Source of the DNA: Eledone cirrhosa
Taxonomy: Eukaryota
DNA: 64,000 nt
NCBI GenBank assembly: GCA_964016885.1
Contig: OZ024740.1
Location: 65,658,001-65,722,000, forward strand
Direction: 5' to 3'
The notes beneath the pieces are model-generated. The model saw only the letters and a program-made list of their open reading frames with translations. It was not told where the DNA came from and did not search any database. The translations under genes and the position numbers were made by a program. Within the stretch, counting starts at the first letter, position 1. Every line of letters begins with the position of its first letter. Of this stretch, positions 38,331-53,387 are shown piece after piece.

Positions 38331-39231
38331 TTTCTGTGTTGTTGACTCTATCGCTTCCTATGTATTCTATCTTATTATTATATTCAGCCCTAGCTCATGC
38401 CTCATATATAATGGGTTGCGTAATCACTGAAGATGCAAGTGGTCTATGGCTATATTACAAAAGTAAGACATAAGTGTAAGGCTAGACGTGAGGTAAGAGG
38501 GGTGAGCTACAGTGAGCTGAAAGGAAGACATATTTGGAACATATACGCCAAATAAAACTTGTAAAGTTTATATGTTTTATTGTTGTGTATGTGTGTATGT
38601 GTGTATAGATGTTTGTTTGTGTGTATTCTATTACGGAAGCTACATTTCTTGTTAAAATTACAATATATATAATTATTCATATAATTAATCCGTATGAATT
38701 CGAAATCACAATTCCATCATATTATTCAAAAGCATCATCATGCCTTTTCAATCATACTTATTATGGACATCATTATTTTCTATATCTGCAAAATATTACA
38801 TTTTCTTTAGAGAGAATATCATTTAATTAATTGATATGAATTTTGAATATAACAAAGAGATTAACCAGGTGAAAACCTCTTCATTAACTTGTTATATTTT
38901 AATGTAAATGTTCACTTATCTATTGCATTGTCTTGACGAATATTGATGTTGTTCCTTTGGTTATCATTACTTCTCGAAAACGAAAATAACATAATAAGTG
39001 TAACTATTTTATCATTTCCTTTATATAAATGAATAGAAAAAACTAAATTAATTGAGATGCAAAACCGTGATTCAGTCTAGGGGTGTTAAGTCTGTTTCCA
39101 TATATATATATTTTATTTTAATACGATGCAAAGCATTATCACGAACGTCACATAAGCCGACGTGATAAGGTGTTAATGCTTCTTAATATTTTTCTTTTAA
39201 GAATGAAAATCCCTTTCATTATATAGATGAT

Positions 39232-39365
39232 TTGCAGCAAAGAGTTACGGCCCTTTATGGTCTGAGTTTAAATCCCGCCGAGGTTAACGTTGCCTTTCAT
39301 CCTTACGGGGTCGATAAAATAAAGTACCAGTAATATACTTTTGCGGCAAAAGTAGAAACAATTTT
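39232..39365 (+). mobile_element. SINE copy, truncated and internally deleted
   Basis: Matches the SINE B-box, core and 3' end. Confidence 0.8.
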
Positions 39366-39689
39366 ATAGTGAATATTTTCTGTTAATATTGTACATGTAT
39401 GTATTTATGTGTACATCTACTGAAACACGTATGTATACATCTAGTAATATTTCTTAAAGGTTCTCAACTGATTATTAAATATATTGTGAAAAGCTAAACT
39501 CATATTGTGTAAGAAACTGAATCATTGGTTTGGCGTTTACTGAAGGATAAACGTTGTACTTTAAATAAATGTCTTAAAATAACTAAATTGGCTCCACCAC
39601 CGCGTAGTCCTTTGGTTTGAACACATCTCTCTCTCCCTCTCTCAACACCCACGTCTATCTGAAAATATATGCACACACAGATACACACG

Positions 39690-39796
<107 letters not shown>

Positions 39797-39968
39797 ATAT
39801 TTGGGGAGGGTCATATTTGCGTAATATTGCCAGAATTAATAACAGAACACACTCACTGTTTGGTTGGTTTTCGCTTCTCGCTGTCTTTTATATATATATA
39901 TCTGCGATCTAACTATATACAATTATATTAAATAAATGGAAACTATATTTATAAAACTATATTTATTC

Positions 39969-40045
<77 letters not shown>

Positions 40046-40053
40046 TACACACG

Positions 40054-40101
<48 letters not shown>

Positions 40102-40229
40102 CTTAGGGTAAACATTGATGCAATTCAATTCAAACACTCAACGTACTTATTCCACATAGGAGTGACGGAGTAAATATCGTATAAGGAAAAGCGAAGTAGT
40201 TTCAGATGTTCAACTCTTTTCATAACAAT

Positions 40230-40303
40230 GCTGTGATATATATTTCAATGGCGACAGTGGTCACACTGTTCCGTGCGCCAGTGTCGCGATATCCTCAGAC
40301 AGC
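40230..40303 (-). ncRNA. Type-I hammerhead ribozyme with long stem II
   Basis: Minus strand reads GCUGU CUGAGGA uaucGCGACAcUGGCGCAC..GUGUGaCCAcUGUCGCcauu GAAA UAUAUA UC ACAGC. Confidence 0.8.
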
Positions 40304-40448
40304 TTGTTACATAATAAGGTTATGTTTCCGAATCAATCCAAATTGAATCGACATTGGAACGGACGAAGTGCGTGCTCTGTGGTTCTTCGTCCATTCCCCT
40401 GTTTTTCAATTTGGATTGACTCGGAAATATAACCTTATTATGTAACAA

Positions 40449-40522
40449 GCTGTCTGACGATGTCGCGACACTGGCGCACGGAACAGTGCGACCACTGTCG
40501 CCATTGAAATATATATCACAGC
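40449..40522 (+). ncRNA. Type-I hammerhead ribozyme with long stem II
   Basis: GCTGT CTGACGA tgtcGCGACActggCGCACggaacaGTGCGaccacTGTCGCcatt GAAA TATATA TC ACAGC; canonical core with AUC cleavage triplet. Confidence 0.82.
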
Positions 40523-40779
40523 ATTATTATAAAAGACTTGAACATCTGAAACTACTTCGCTTTTCGTTATTATATATATATATATACATATCGGGAGAGA
40601 GATTTAGTGAGGATGAGGGAGAGAGAGAGAACAATAATGAGAAGACTGAAAATTATATAATTGGACATTTCAACATATCAGATTTGTTAACTGTTTCACA
40701 TATTGCTAATGTGCGTATATATAATATATATATACGACAATCTTCTTACACCACCTTCTTCTTCTCACCCGTCTATTTT

Positions 40780-43700
40780 TCACTCGCATTCTAGTACTTT
40801 CAATATGCCCAATCTCGAATCTTTTCTTCGCCAGCCCATTCTACTCTCAAGCGCTTCCTCCAACCTCTCCCCTATATGCATCCAATCATCCACGCATCAG
40901 TCCAACCTCATCTTCACCAAAATACGATACAACACTCAAAACCCATTTTTAAGTCGCTGTCTCCACCACCACCTCATTCCTCGCCGTTTCCGCCTCAACT
41001 TTCACCCCACCTTTTATTCTGCTCCCACCACTGAGCCCATCCTTATCCGCTCCTCTCGCCAGCTCATGTGGGCGACCATTCGATCAACTCTCGCCGAAAT
41101 CCGTTCTCTCGACCGAGATCTCCCCAAGGACTAACACCATCTCTCCTCCATTTGCTACCCATTCCTCGCCCAATCCCTTATCCAACTCATCCTTTACCTC
41201 AATCGCCTCCTTTTCAATTTCCTCACCTCCGTAAACAATCGTAAACTCGTCTCTCTCCGCTGCGCGCCTGCCGTCACCACCCATTCACATATCACCTCCC
41301 TAACCCCTCTATCCAGTCACCTACCACTGAATCTGCACATGCTTTGCCCAACCACCTTAACTCCTCCACCTGCATCTCTTTCACTCCCTCACGTCCCTTC
41401 ACTGTAGTCACCAGGATCTACCACTCTCCGAAGCTGAGCGCTCCCTCCTCGCCCGTGGTTTGCGTTTTATACCTACCATATCTACCTGCGACGGGTTTCG
41501 CACACGTGCCGAGATTGAAGAGTTCTTCCGTCGATTAAAGATGAAAGCTTTTTTTCACGATACGCCATCATCAACACAGGCGGATGACTTCAGTTGTCTC
41601 AGTCGCCGATATTTACGTTGGACGCCGAGCTCAGGCCAGTTCAGAACCCTCGAATCCTTTGTCGATACTTGCCGGCTTACTGTGAATCGGTTCCGTTTCC
41701 ACCAGCACTCTCGTCGCTCTAACATCACGCAAACTGAGCTCTCCGATCTTTTCAACCTTCGGCGTCGCGATTACATTGTCATGAAACCCGCTGACAAAGG
41801 TGGCGCTGCGGTGGTTTGGAGCGCTGACCTCTATAGGGCTGAGGCCTTCCGCCAGCTTCACAATACCCTTTTTTACCGCCCTTTATCCTCCGACCCCACT
41901 CCTGGCTACCAACAACTCGTGTCCTCCACCATCCACGAACTCATCTCCTCCTCTCACCTACCCCCCAAAGCCACCAACCTTATTGTACGCACCCACCACA
42001 CACCCGCCATCTACTCCCTCCCCAAAATAGACAAACAAAATAATCCTGGCCGTCCTATCGTTTCTGCGTGCAACTGCCGCACCGTGATAATTTCTGAATA
42101 TTTAGACACCATCCTCGCCCCGTTGGTCGGTATTATCCTCCCCCACATCCACGACACAAATCAAGCCCTTAGACTCTTCAACTCCTTCGCCTTCCCTCTT
42201 GGTCCCTCTCGCCTTCTCTTTACCCTGGACATCACTTCTCTCTATACCGTCATCACTCATAATGCGGGCCCCGTGTTCTCCAGCATTTTTTAGATTTACG
42301 CCTTAGCCCCTTACCCCAGCACTACCACTCTTCTCCGTTTGGCTGAGCTTGTTCTCATCCTTAATGGATTTTCTTTTACGGGTTAATTTTACCAGCAAGT
42401 CTCTGGGGTAGTGATGAGAACCAGAATGGGTGCAAACTATGCCAACTTGTTTGTTGGCCACGTCGAAGCCCAGATCTTCTCCCAGTACGCTGGACCGACT
42501 CCTGAGCTATACGGTCGTTATATCGACGACTGTATCGGCGCCACCTCTCTATCACGAGAACAGATCGACTGTTTCCTTTCTTTTGTCCAATCTTTCCATC
42601 TTGCTCTCAATTTCACCGCCTCCGTCTCCGATTCTTCCGTCGTTTTTCTAGATATCTCTCTATATATTAATCATTCTCACCACACCCACTCTACGTTCAT
42701 CTTCATTAAACCAACAGACTCCCAATCTTATCTCCACTTCACCTCTTCCCATCCAACCCACACCAAACACTCCATATCATATTCCCAATTCCTCCGTCTT
42801 CGTCGACTCTGTAGACAGGATGATGATTTCGAAACCCATTCCCTTCGCATGGCTCCTGCTTCATCGAGCGTGGGTATCCTTCCACCTTGATCCAAGCTGC
42901 TCTTACCCACGCCCGTGAAACAGACCGCACCACATCCCTCTCACCTCATCCCCGCTATCCCAACACCCATGTTCCTTTACCTCTCACTTACCATCTCATC
43001 ACTCTACCACTCCTGTGACAAATCTTCCGTTCCTTCCGTATCCTCTCTTCTGACCCCGTCACTTCTCGCTTTTTTCCAAATCCTCTGATTACTGCTTTTA
43101 AGCGCGCCAGCAATCTCGGTGACCTCCTGGTTCGCAGTTCCTTTTCCTCCTCTCCCACGACTCCACCCGGCTCTCCTCCTTGTTCCCGTTCCCGCTGCAA
43201 CACTTGTCCCTTTCTTTCCACCCTCAGCACTCTTACAGGCGATAACGAGTCTTTCCGAATCCGCTATTCCTTCACCTGTACATCCACCCACGTTGTCTAT
43301 GCCCTCCGGTGTTCTCTTTGCGGGTCTCTATATATCGGACAAATGGAACGCCCTATGGCGGACTGTTTTGGCGAATTTTGAGGGACATACGACTCGGATA
43401 CTCCTGTCACTCGTCATTTCTGTACTCCTGGTCATTCTTCCCTACATGTGTCAGTCCTGTGTGTCCTTTTACATCATGGATCACAGGCCTCGCGCACCAG
43501 AATGGACAAAGGCTGATTCACCACTTGGACTCAACTCACCTCCCCAATTTCTCTAATACCCCGTCCATTATCGCACCCCTAGATTCCTATCGGTTTCTCT
43601 TGATCATTAGCAGCTTCTCTTACAACTAATACATGCCGATACACACCCTTATATCAACATACTTTTGCTCATAGCTTCGTACTTACATGCACACACACTC

Positions 43701-44160
43701 ATTTACTCACATATACACACACCTTTCTTCTAGGCTTCGTACGGACCTATAATAAAACACACACACACAAACACATGCTTACACACGTGCTCAAGTATAG
43801 TTCTTTTAACAAAACGGTTTTTTTCCATTTCAGGTAGATGCGTTCCATCATCCACTTTTCTAAAAAGCAAATCACACACAAAACGCCAGCAAGAGATGCA
43901 AAAAACAAATCATACACAAAACGCCAGCAAGAGATGCAAGAGATGTCAAAAGGAATGGACCTGTTATTTTTCTCTAAAGGCATTTTTTTTCAAATTCCAT
44001 CCCGCCCGTCCCCTCAATCTATTTTATTTCTCATTCTTTCTTCTAATGAATGACTAGCGTCCGAAACATTAAGACCCTCTTCTTGCTATATCAAGCGTTA
44101 ACCTAATATATACCTTCCATATACTGCACCGATTGTGTTGTATTTCTGTTTACCTTTTAC
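40780..44160 (+). mobile_element. Penelope-like element, near full length, decayed
   Basis: MKPADKGGAAVVW, YSLPKIDK..PGRPIVS, LFTLDITSLYT, MGANYANLF, YGRYIDD, KPTDSQSYLHFTSSHP, and a 3' FTCTSTHVVY / LYIGQ GIY-YIG remnant. A degenerate HHR (CTAATGA..GTCC GAAA) lies at 44039-44074. Confidence 0.88.
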
Positions 44161-44171
44161 ACACACACATG

Positions 44172-44205
<34 letters not shown>

Positions 44206-44214
44206 ATGTATAAT

Positions 44215-46710
44215 AAACAATACAATACAATTACCTCATTACCAGAGGTTTCCCGAATGAGACGAATACGAAAAACGTCCTCATTCGTTCGTCGACAAGG
44301 CAATTGAAAACATAGTGAAATATTTGGAAAGTCTCCTAAAAAAATGCAAAAAATATATAAATAAAAGTAATGAAAGAGATATATAAAAAATATATAAGGA
44401 AATATAGTTAGAGTATGTGTATGTGTATGTATATACACTCACAAATGTACATATGTATGAATGCACAAATGCATGTGTATGGTGAAAATGTGTGCGTAAG
44501 TACATATATGAGGGCAAGTATATTTGTGTATGTTTGACCACAAATACGTATATAATATGAGTTGAAAAAGAAAATGTATGATAATATAGTTGACACTCAT
44601 CCAGATACAGGTATTAAATACACATACGAGTATGAAAGCACGCGTATAAACACACATAACGCGCGGTCACATATATGCGGAAGATAAAGAGGGAAGGGAG
44701 TGTAATAGTAAAAAGAAGTGTCATTATAGATATATGTATAAAAATGAAACAATATATGAGAATGAAAAATTTTAAATCAAAGAGAAAGTAATCAATTAAC
44801 ACTAGAGAAAAGAAAACAAACATAGGTACGCACGTACATACAAATATATATATATAAATATTTATACACGCAAATACGTACAGACAAAAGCGCATGCATG
44901 CGTACATACATAGTCACAAGGCACGTATATATATATATATATCGCCCCATGTATATCTAATTACACGTACGTACGCGACTATATATATATATACACATAT
45001 ACATACACAACCATACATACATATACATATATACACCAATACATACACATACACATACATTCACCCGCATACACACACACGTAAAAATAAGAATGTAAAA
45101 AACTTAGATATAAAAAACATAGATATAAAAAAACACACATACACACGCATATATATACGTACGCACGTACACATACGGAGGCGTTCGTATACATATACAG
45201 AACGTATACACACATAAGCACACTCAGACACATAGATACAGATTCTAAATCAGCCATATGAATAAATGAGTACAAATATAAAATCGGCTGCGAAACAACA
45301 GAATGTATCTGGAGTGGAAAACGCATGTGACATGTGGTATCAGGTAGTGAAAGAAAATGGGGGAAGTAAAATGTGGAATGTGAAGATAATAGGTAAGTGA
45401 ATCGAAAAGTAGGTGGGGGTACTGGTGGATGTGAAGTAAAAATAAAAATAAAATTAAAAATAAAGTTAAAAATGAAAGTAAATCAGAAAGAGAAATCTGT
45501 AAAGAGGATAATTTAAGGAAAGTGAAGAATAAGAGTTTATGGAGGATAAGTATCTGAAAGCGAGTTAACTTTATAATAGCTGGAAAGCAAGTGTGATTTC
45601 ATGTGTGGGCAAATGATGAAAATTTCTGTTTTTGTATTTAGGCAGGTTTTTGGTGATTTAAGGTTCTGTAAAATCCAATATTTTTCACTTATGCAGAATG
45701 CGCATCTTCTTGTTCCTCTTGCATATTCTTTAGATTGGTTCAAAATTGACCAATCCAATTTATATTGAATACCTTGGTCTTCAAATCCCATATTCTGCTA
45801 GCCAAAGCTGTTGGGAATCTTTTTTCTGGATGTAGAAAAGATGCGACATGTGAGTAATAACGCGTTTTGAATTTGTCTTGTGTCATACCCACATATCGTT
45901 CGCTGGTGGCTGGTTGGTTGTTGCTGATGGTTATCACTTTAGGCGCATATACAATGGCTTTGGTGTTGCATTTACCTTGTAATGGGCATGCACTTTTGAC
46001 TCTACAGGAGCAATTTTGATGTTCTCTGGGTCATTTCTTATTGATGATATAAGATTTAATAGTGGGACCGCAGGAGTAGCTAATTTTGACACAGTTTCTA
46101 TTGAAGATCTTATAGTATCTGTGTGTTCTAGGGAAATGTTTATCGAAGAGCTCTAGGAATGTTTTGCCTTCATTAGTTTTAACTGCTAGAGAGTAGGGGG
46201 GGGGGGTGAACCAGATTATTTTTCTTTTCCTATTATTATGTTTAAAAGAGTTAATATTGTTGGGTATGTACTTATTCGGTTCGCTAAATCCGCTATTTTG
46301 AAGGGCTTCATTATAGTAGGGGATGCCTTATTGAAAATAGCTTCTGAGGAAGAGAGGGTGGATATCCTGCGGCTAATATTAGGGATAAGGTTTTTAAAAA
46401 CTATAGGAGGATGGCAAGAGCCTTTATTTATATATTTTAAATTTTCATTAGGTTTATGGTATAGTTTATAAGAAGCAGTAGGCAAATCTAGGTTTATACC
46501 TAGAAAATTATCATTGGAAAGATTAGTGTCAATAGTAACTTTTAGATTAAAATTAGCGAAGGTTTTTATTAAATCTTTCCTTAGTCTATCTAAGTTATGG
46601 CCTATTGTGGTATGGGAAAGTATTAGACCATCGTCGCGATAAAGCCCCAAAATATGGTTAGGGAATTTTTCTTTAAGTGTGTGTAGGAGGAATAGGCCGA
46701 CTAAATCACA

Positions 46711-46715
<5 letters not shown>
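44215..46715 (-). mobile_element. Penelope-like element, 5' truncated, minus strand
   Basis: CDLVGLFLL..GLYRDDGLIL..FLGINLDL..YHKPNENLKYINKGSCHPP; GIY-YIG RYVGMTQDKFKTRYYSHVASF; pLTR with a degenerate HHR at 44234-44300. Confidence 0.85.
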
Positions 46716-46748
<33 letters not shown>

Positions 46749-46768
46749 AATCATATATATAAATATAA

Positions 46769-46894
<126 letters not shown>

Positions 46895-47269
46895 GAAATC
46901 GGGAATGCAACTGGAGTTTTTTTAAATATATATTTATTTGGTTTCTTTACCGGTTTCGCAGTTCTGGTGCTTTTCAAAAGCAGAATTGAGATGGAGGGTT
47001 TGTGATTTTCTCGCATCTGGTTGGTGTTCGAATGTCCCTTCTGTTTTATATGGAAAAACTGTGGCTCGAAATGCTAGGTTTTTAGAAAAGTAATTTGGTT
47101 GGTTGATGACTGTCATGTGAATAAGTATAATAAATTTCGCGCCAGTTCGCGTTACAAAATTCTTATTATATTTGCCTTCAAAAAAGGGGGGTTGAGATTG
47201 TTTGTTCATATATGAGTGAAATTTGGTTTGTTGATGCAGTCACGTGAATAAGCAAATATATATATGTGT

Positions 47270-47306
<37 letters not shown>

Positions 47307-47400
47307 AGGTAATTCCAAAGAAAAAAGCAAGGAAAAAAGAGTGCCCGATATATAGAACAGAGCTATTTAATTAGAAAGTGAATAACACAATATATAACTA

Positions 47401-47468
47401 CTTCATTACCAAAGGTTTCTGGATCCTAGACGATACTAATATACGTCTGGATCGTCCATCAGACAGAG
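47401..47468 (-). ncRNA. Degenerate hammerhead-like motif (CUGAUGG core)
   Basis: CUCUGU CUGAUGG acGAUCCAGACG..CGUCUaGGAUCca GAAA CC uuu GG UA AUGAAG; relative of 44234-44300. Confidence 0.45.
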
Positions 47469-49082
47469 ATGTTATCTATCTATATATATAATTCGTCCAT
47501 ATTTTAAATTGAATTGAAGCAGCTATAAGTATATCATATTCGTAATTATAATATTATGTTAGCAATGTCCTTTTCATTTACTTAAGGTAGAGTAAACACA
47601 TATTGTTTCCGGTAATTCTTAATATTAGTTTTATTAAATTCCTGTTCTGAAGTTTGTGGTATATCATTTGGTATTAGTCTTGTAGCTATAATATATTATA
47701 TTGTATTCACATATAGAAATGTCTTGATAACAATTGCGACCGAAATTCATTTGTTCGTCTATAGACTATCTAGACAGTCGCACAAGCGACGTTTTTCAGA
47801 CGGGAAATGTGTGACATCTAATTAAATCGAAGTAAATAAAAATATACGCTATGTCTATAATTCATTAAGATTAGACGGGAGAATAAAAAATATATATAAC
47901 ATTTAATTTATGTTTCTATTTCTATTGAGTTTTCCAGCCGAAAAGCTGAGGCCATGTTCTACTGGGTATGCTGTTAAAATAGGAATAATAGTTATAAATA
48001 TATAATTGGGTAAATTTTAGAGCAGGTGACTCAAGAACGAATGAAAATATATAATGTTTTAACGTTTTATCTGTTGTATAAATTGAGGAATGGGAACTAC
48101 ATTAACCCCCGATTGAAATCAATGTACTCTAAATAGATTTCAGAAATAAATTAACGTTAAACTTTCATTTTACCTTCTATTTACCTTAGGTTCCTGTGTA
48201 ATATAAGATTAACTGTGTAATATATGATTAACTTTGAAGTATGAGGGACAGTCACTAAATTTAGTAGGTGTCCTCGCAATTACATATTAGAACAGCTAGT
48301 CTGCACAATGTAGACTTATAACTTAACTACGTGTGCACAAATAAACTGAATTGGCCAGTTTGTAATCTCCAGGTGAAATTTTCTGGCAGGTCGATTAAGC
48401 CATGTTGAGGATAGCCGTCTTATTTTAAACTCTAGATGAAATTCCCCAAAGGCTTTTCAACTTAGAACACTGCACTTCTTACAGCATATGCTTAAATATT
48501 CCTAGCGTCACTGATAAACTTTCAACATGAAAATCGCAAATATTACCGTTGCTAGGAGACAGTTCCACCTCAGCAACATGTGAGTCACGTTACTGGCAAT
48601 ATCCTAGCTAATACAACTCTGGTATAGTCCAGTTATCTTAGCGCAGCTTGGCACTATTCCAGGAACACAGAGATAAGAGAGTAATGCTACGAACGCAGTA
48701 TATTCCTCTGGTAATATAATCTTGGTGAAGTCCGATTAAAGCCAACACATCTTGGAACCGAAAACAGATGGTTGTAGCATCTCAATATTTCGTGCTTCTC
48801 TGGCGTCAATCCAATTCTAACAAATCCGGTAATTTCTTGTTCGAGAGGTCACCTGTGTAGAGGATTATGTCTGAAAGGATATGCATTGCATTGATCTGAA
48901 TTCCTACTTTTTTCTGTTAGAATATTAGCTTTTTCGAACATGATGGATAGAATATGTAAACACACATTTTCAGTTGAATAAATACAGTATAAAATACTGA
49001 GAGATGAGGGAGCAGCGCATCCCAACAGTTTTCTTTTTGCGGATACCCTACATCGTAGACGCCTACGTAGACGTCTGAATTC

Positions 49083-49921
49083 TGCAGACACTGCAGAATT
49101 AACATCGAAGATGTCACCCATGTCATATGCAGCTGTCCAAAGATGTCATTGCGGTACTATCTACCTATGAGGTATGATGTAGAGGCCAAAACACTGTACA
49201 ATGCAATCCGTAAAAAAGATAGCCCTGATAATAAACACATTAAAAGCTACAGCAATGTGGAAGACATTCATATACATACTATGAAAGAGTACTGGTGGAA
49301 TGTTCCAGTAAAAACCCCAATAAATGCAGACATAACAGACCAGATATAATGATATGGGACAGGGAAAAGAAGGCATGCACACTAGTGGAGGTTAGCTGCC
49401 CAGTAGATGCTAATATAATGTCAAAGATTAGTGAAAAGGAGAATATTTATGCAGAACTAGAGAAATCTGCAGATACTCCACCCTGATTACACCTTCAGGT
49501 TTAATATTGTGATTATTGGGGCACTGGGATATGTTAGCAACTGCCTCAATACAAATCTTGAGAAGCTGTGCTTTAGAGGAACAGAAAGTACACAACTAGT
49601 TAGGAAATTACAAATATAATCCAATAATAGAACAGTAAAAATAGGTAAAACATTGCAACAATTTTGCATCTAATAACTGCATATACAATTGTACAGATAC
49701 AAATCAGATGCACATGCACACATATAACTCAAAACATACACATCCACACATACATTAAAATCCATACCTGCACACACATGCATGCAGACATGCATATATG
49801 TATATATACCTAGTTGATGTTGTTTAAATTCCAATGAGAGAGTCTTGTATCTATGTTAGAAACCAACTCACTCTCTCTATTGGCAATAATTTGTGAAATT
49901 ATAAAACTAGAACATACATAT
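49083..49921 (+). mobile_element. 5'-truncated copy of the R4-like family at 4045-8065
   Basis: Colinear with 4045-4870 in reverse, including the 3' UTR, and ends AGAACATACATA. Confidence 0.9.
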
Positions 49922-50123
49922 AAGATAGCTTTTTTATCCCAGAGACTATGCTGTTTTCACAAGAAATGATTAGATTTTTCATATTGACGCCTAACAGATT
50001 AATATCATAGCATCGTTCTATTTTATGCATTCATTTTATCATTGCAATAGGCAAAATTATCTCTGATGGTTTGAGAATTTTATTATTATCTGTACAGTTG
50101 GATTTTGAAGTTAATCTATATTA

Positions 50124-50222
50124 TAATTGTTTCTACTTTAGGCACAAGGCCAGCAATTACCCAGTGCATTACTGGTACTTTATTTTATCGACCCCGTAAG
50201 GATGAAAGGCAAAGTCAACCTC
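50124..50222 (-). mobile_element. SINE 3' half
   Basis: Reverse complement of the SINE core and tail. Confidence 0.8.
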
Positions 50223-50642
50223 TATATTATAATGCTTTCATGTGAAATGCATAAACAAAATTGTATAAATAATAACATATTACGAACTCCATCAAATTAA
50301 CTAGTGATATATTAAATATGCTGAACTTGCCTTTGGATGTGCTTCAGGCTTAAATATAATTTATACAAATCTAATCTGAGATCATTCTTTATTAACAGAA
50401 ATATTGCCACGTGAAATTACATTCGACAATAACGGATTTTGAATGTTTATATACTAATTTGAATCTAACTCTCAATTGTGTTACTTTCATGTGCAAGCTG
50501 TGCTGTAGAAATATCTCTTGTCTAATATATCCTTCTATAAATACGTTTGTTATGAACCATGGGGAGCGTATAATCATTAAATAGATTAATCTATGATGTA
50601 TTTTCAACCTAAGATTAATAGACTGATCACTAATATAGCTAT

Positions 50643-50831
50643 CATTGTTTCTACTATTGGCACAAGGCCAGCAATTAACCAGTACATTACTGGTACTTTA
50701 TTTTATCGACCCCGTAAGGATGAAAGGCAAAGTTACCTCGGCGGGATTTGAACTCAGAATGGCAAGGGACGTAACTCTATGCGTCAAATCATGGTGTCCG
50801 ACCCTCTACCGATACTGCCAATTCACCGCCT
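50643..50831 (-). mobile_element. SINE, full length, with 12-bp TSD TAATATAGCTAT
   Basis: Colinear with 759-949; TSD at 50631-50642 and 50832-50843. Confidence 0.88.
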
Positions 50832-52823
50832 TAATATAGCTATAATGAATCAAACATTGTAAGGAAGGGTGATATATAAAATTAATATCACCATATTTGC
50901 ATTAAGGGCTTTTCCTTTTCATGAAGAAAATTCAATGTGATATTTCCAATATTCAGTCAAATATATAAATTATAGCATTCCAGATTTAGGATTTACAGGC
51001 ATGTCTATGAACACAACCTACCTACTCTCTCTGTCTCTTCTTTCACAATGCAACTAAAATTTAATTTTTAATTTTTATAATATGGGTGTGTGTTTGCGCA
51101 TCTGTTTCGTGTTATATATGTATATGTGTCCTTTTATGCATTCATTATTCTTACATAGCAGAGCTATAGATATTCAACGGCCTGATGATTACAAGTTTAA
51201 TGTCAATTACACATTAATTTCTATTTCCCATGGCACTTTCCTCATCGGTATTACATGGTTTCGTCTATGATTATCTCATAAAATTCTGTCTTCTCGATTA
51301 AATTATCATCAGAATACAGATAGCAGTATTACAAAACCTCATAGCAAGAACTCATAGCGATAGCTATATTACTACAAATATTCAGAGACAATGAGTGTAA
51401 CTTTATATATTGTCTTTGATCAACATATATCGAATGTTCAGATAAATTGAACGCTTGTCAATATAACCATCTTATTTCGAAAATAATATTATACGAATTT
51501 TACTGATTGTGGACTCATTTTAAAGGTTTGAATCAATAAATATACGTCCTCATCATTTGAACTCAGATACTATACAACGATAATTCTGATCAATTTCAGT
51601 CACATCTCACTAACAATGAGACAGCAACGAGACTAATTGTCTAGTATTGTTTAAATAAATTATAATATAGCGTAAATATTATCACTCTAGAAAATTAGTA
51701 ATTTCTCCAATTTATATATGATATCCAGAGATTCGATGTCCCAGACGTTTGTGCGCGAACGTAATATCATGAGCTTTGGCGTGTTGTTGCAAATTCTGTG
51801 TCCATTGGAGTTGCAAAATGGTAATGAATAATTCTATAATTTGATGAAATAATTTAAGATAACATATACATATATGTATATGCCATTGAGCCTATTTGAA
51901 AAAAGTGACTTGTTGGGTATAACATAATGTATATCTACACTAGCACGCACATTTTATGATGGCCTAGTGCACCATATACAGAAAAAAATATATTTATGGC
52001 ATAACGTACACTCTGCGGTAGAAACTAATTTGGTTGGAAATCATATGGTAATGAGTTAGAATATACTATTTTGGTTTATGTTTATAGCCTTAATAGTGAA
52101 TCTTCTGAAAACAATTTATCTTAACACAGTTTTTTTTTTTATATCTAAATAAAGTTATGAAAAGAATATATTTCATTTCATCTCATAATATGGCACATCT
52201 AAATGATATATGGAATAAATATAAGCATTAAAATAGCATATATGTTAAAGTGCGAGGCAATTGTGCATGATAGGAGTTCTAGTATACAATAAATATTAAG
52301 GAATTGCTTTTTATACAGAAAATAATAATCATTACGATATAAATTCACGCTCATGTAATGGCCGCGATGCATGAGTGATATTATTGTAATATAATTTCAT
52401 ATTTTTTCTTCATGAGCTTCCGCTCGTCTTGTATAATTAGTTAAGGAAATAATATATTACTCCCTCTAAAATGCCTTCTAAATAAAGCATTAGAGAGGAA
52501 TAATGTAATTGAAATAAATAAATAGCTTTTTAAATTATCACATCACTGTTAATGACTGCGTGAAATGATGCCAAAACCAATTTTGTTTTATCGATACAAG
52601 CAAAATCATTTCACCGGAACTTCTTTATCAGCGAGGAGAAACATTCTCAAAACTCTTCGTTTATATTTCTTTCCAGAATATACCACGAAACGTATTCAGT
52701 ATCTATTCTGATATTTTCAATTATATTATTTAAGCACTTACATTGATATTGTTTCTTTATTTACCTCCATTTCTTAGAGTTCTACATTATTACAATCAGA
52801 AACATTCAGTGCTCTGTAGTTTA

Positions 52824-53003
52824 ATAATTGTTTCTATTGTAGGCACAAGGCCAGCAATTACGCAGTACATTACTGGTACTTTATTTTATCGACCCGGTAA
52901 GGATGAAAGGCAAAGTTAACCTCGGCGGGATTTGAACTCAGACCGCAAAGGGACGAAACTATGCTGGAAAGCATGGCGTCCGACCCTCTACCGATACTGC
53001 CAA
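52824..53003 (-). mobile_element. SINE copy
   Basis: Colinear with the other copies. Confidence 0.85.
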
Positions 53004-53117
53004 GTTTAATAATACCCATTCTTGTATACTTTCCAGCTGCTAAATTGATCAAAACACATAATCATACACACATATGCACACACACTAGATCGCGTGCGCA
53101 CGCACACACACATGCGC

Positions 53118-53160
<43 letters not shown>

Positions 53161-53348
53161 TGTGTGTATGTGTATATATATATATATATATATATACATA
53201 TGTGCGTGTGTATATATATATGTATATATATTTATATATATTAATAAGAGGAATTCCAGCTTTTACTCGTTTTATTTACAACCCTTTAAAATATATAATG
53301 GTATTATAATGAAATAGTACGATAGAATATTAAATGTTAAGTGTTAAT

Positions 53349-53387
53349 TGAACAAGTACTTTCATGCTTTCGCAATCTTCAGGTCCA
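53349..53387 (-). ncRNA. Minimal type-I hammerhead ribozyme
   Basis: Reverse complement of 56694-56732. Confidence 0.72.

Larger units (their letters stand above)
40186..40565. repeat. ~160-bp inverted repeat pair (40186-40347 / 40405-40565)
   Basis: Reverse-complement arms with a 57-bp spacer, flanked by (TA)n. Confidence 0.9.

Noticed and set aside
48849-49121. Arg-rich ORFs on both strands (RRLRRRLR / HRRRLRRRL)
   Set aside because: Produced by a short CGTAGACG duplication at the junction with the R4 fragment; no homology evident.
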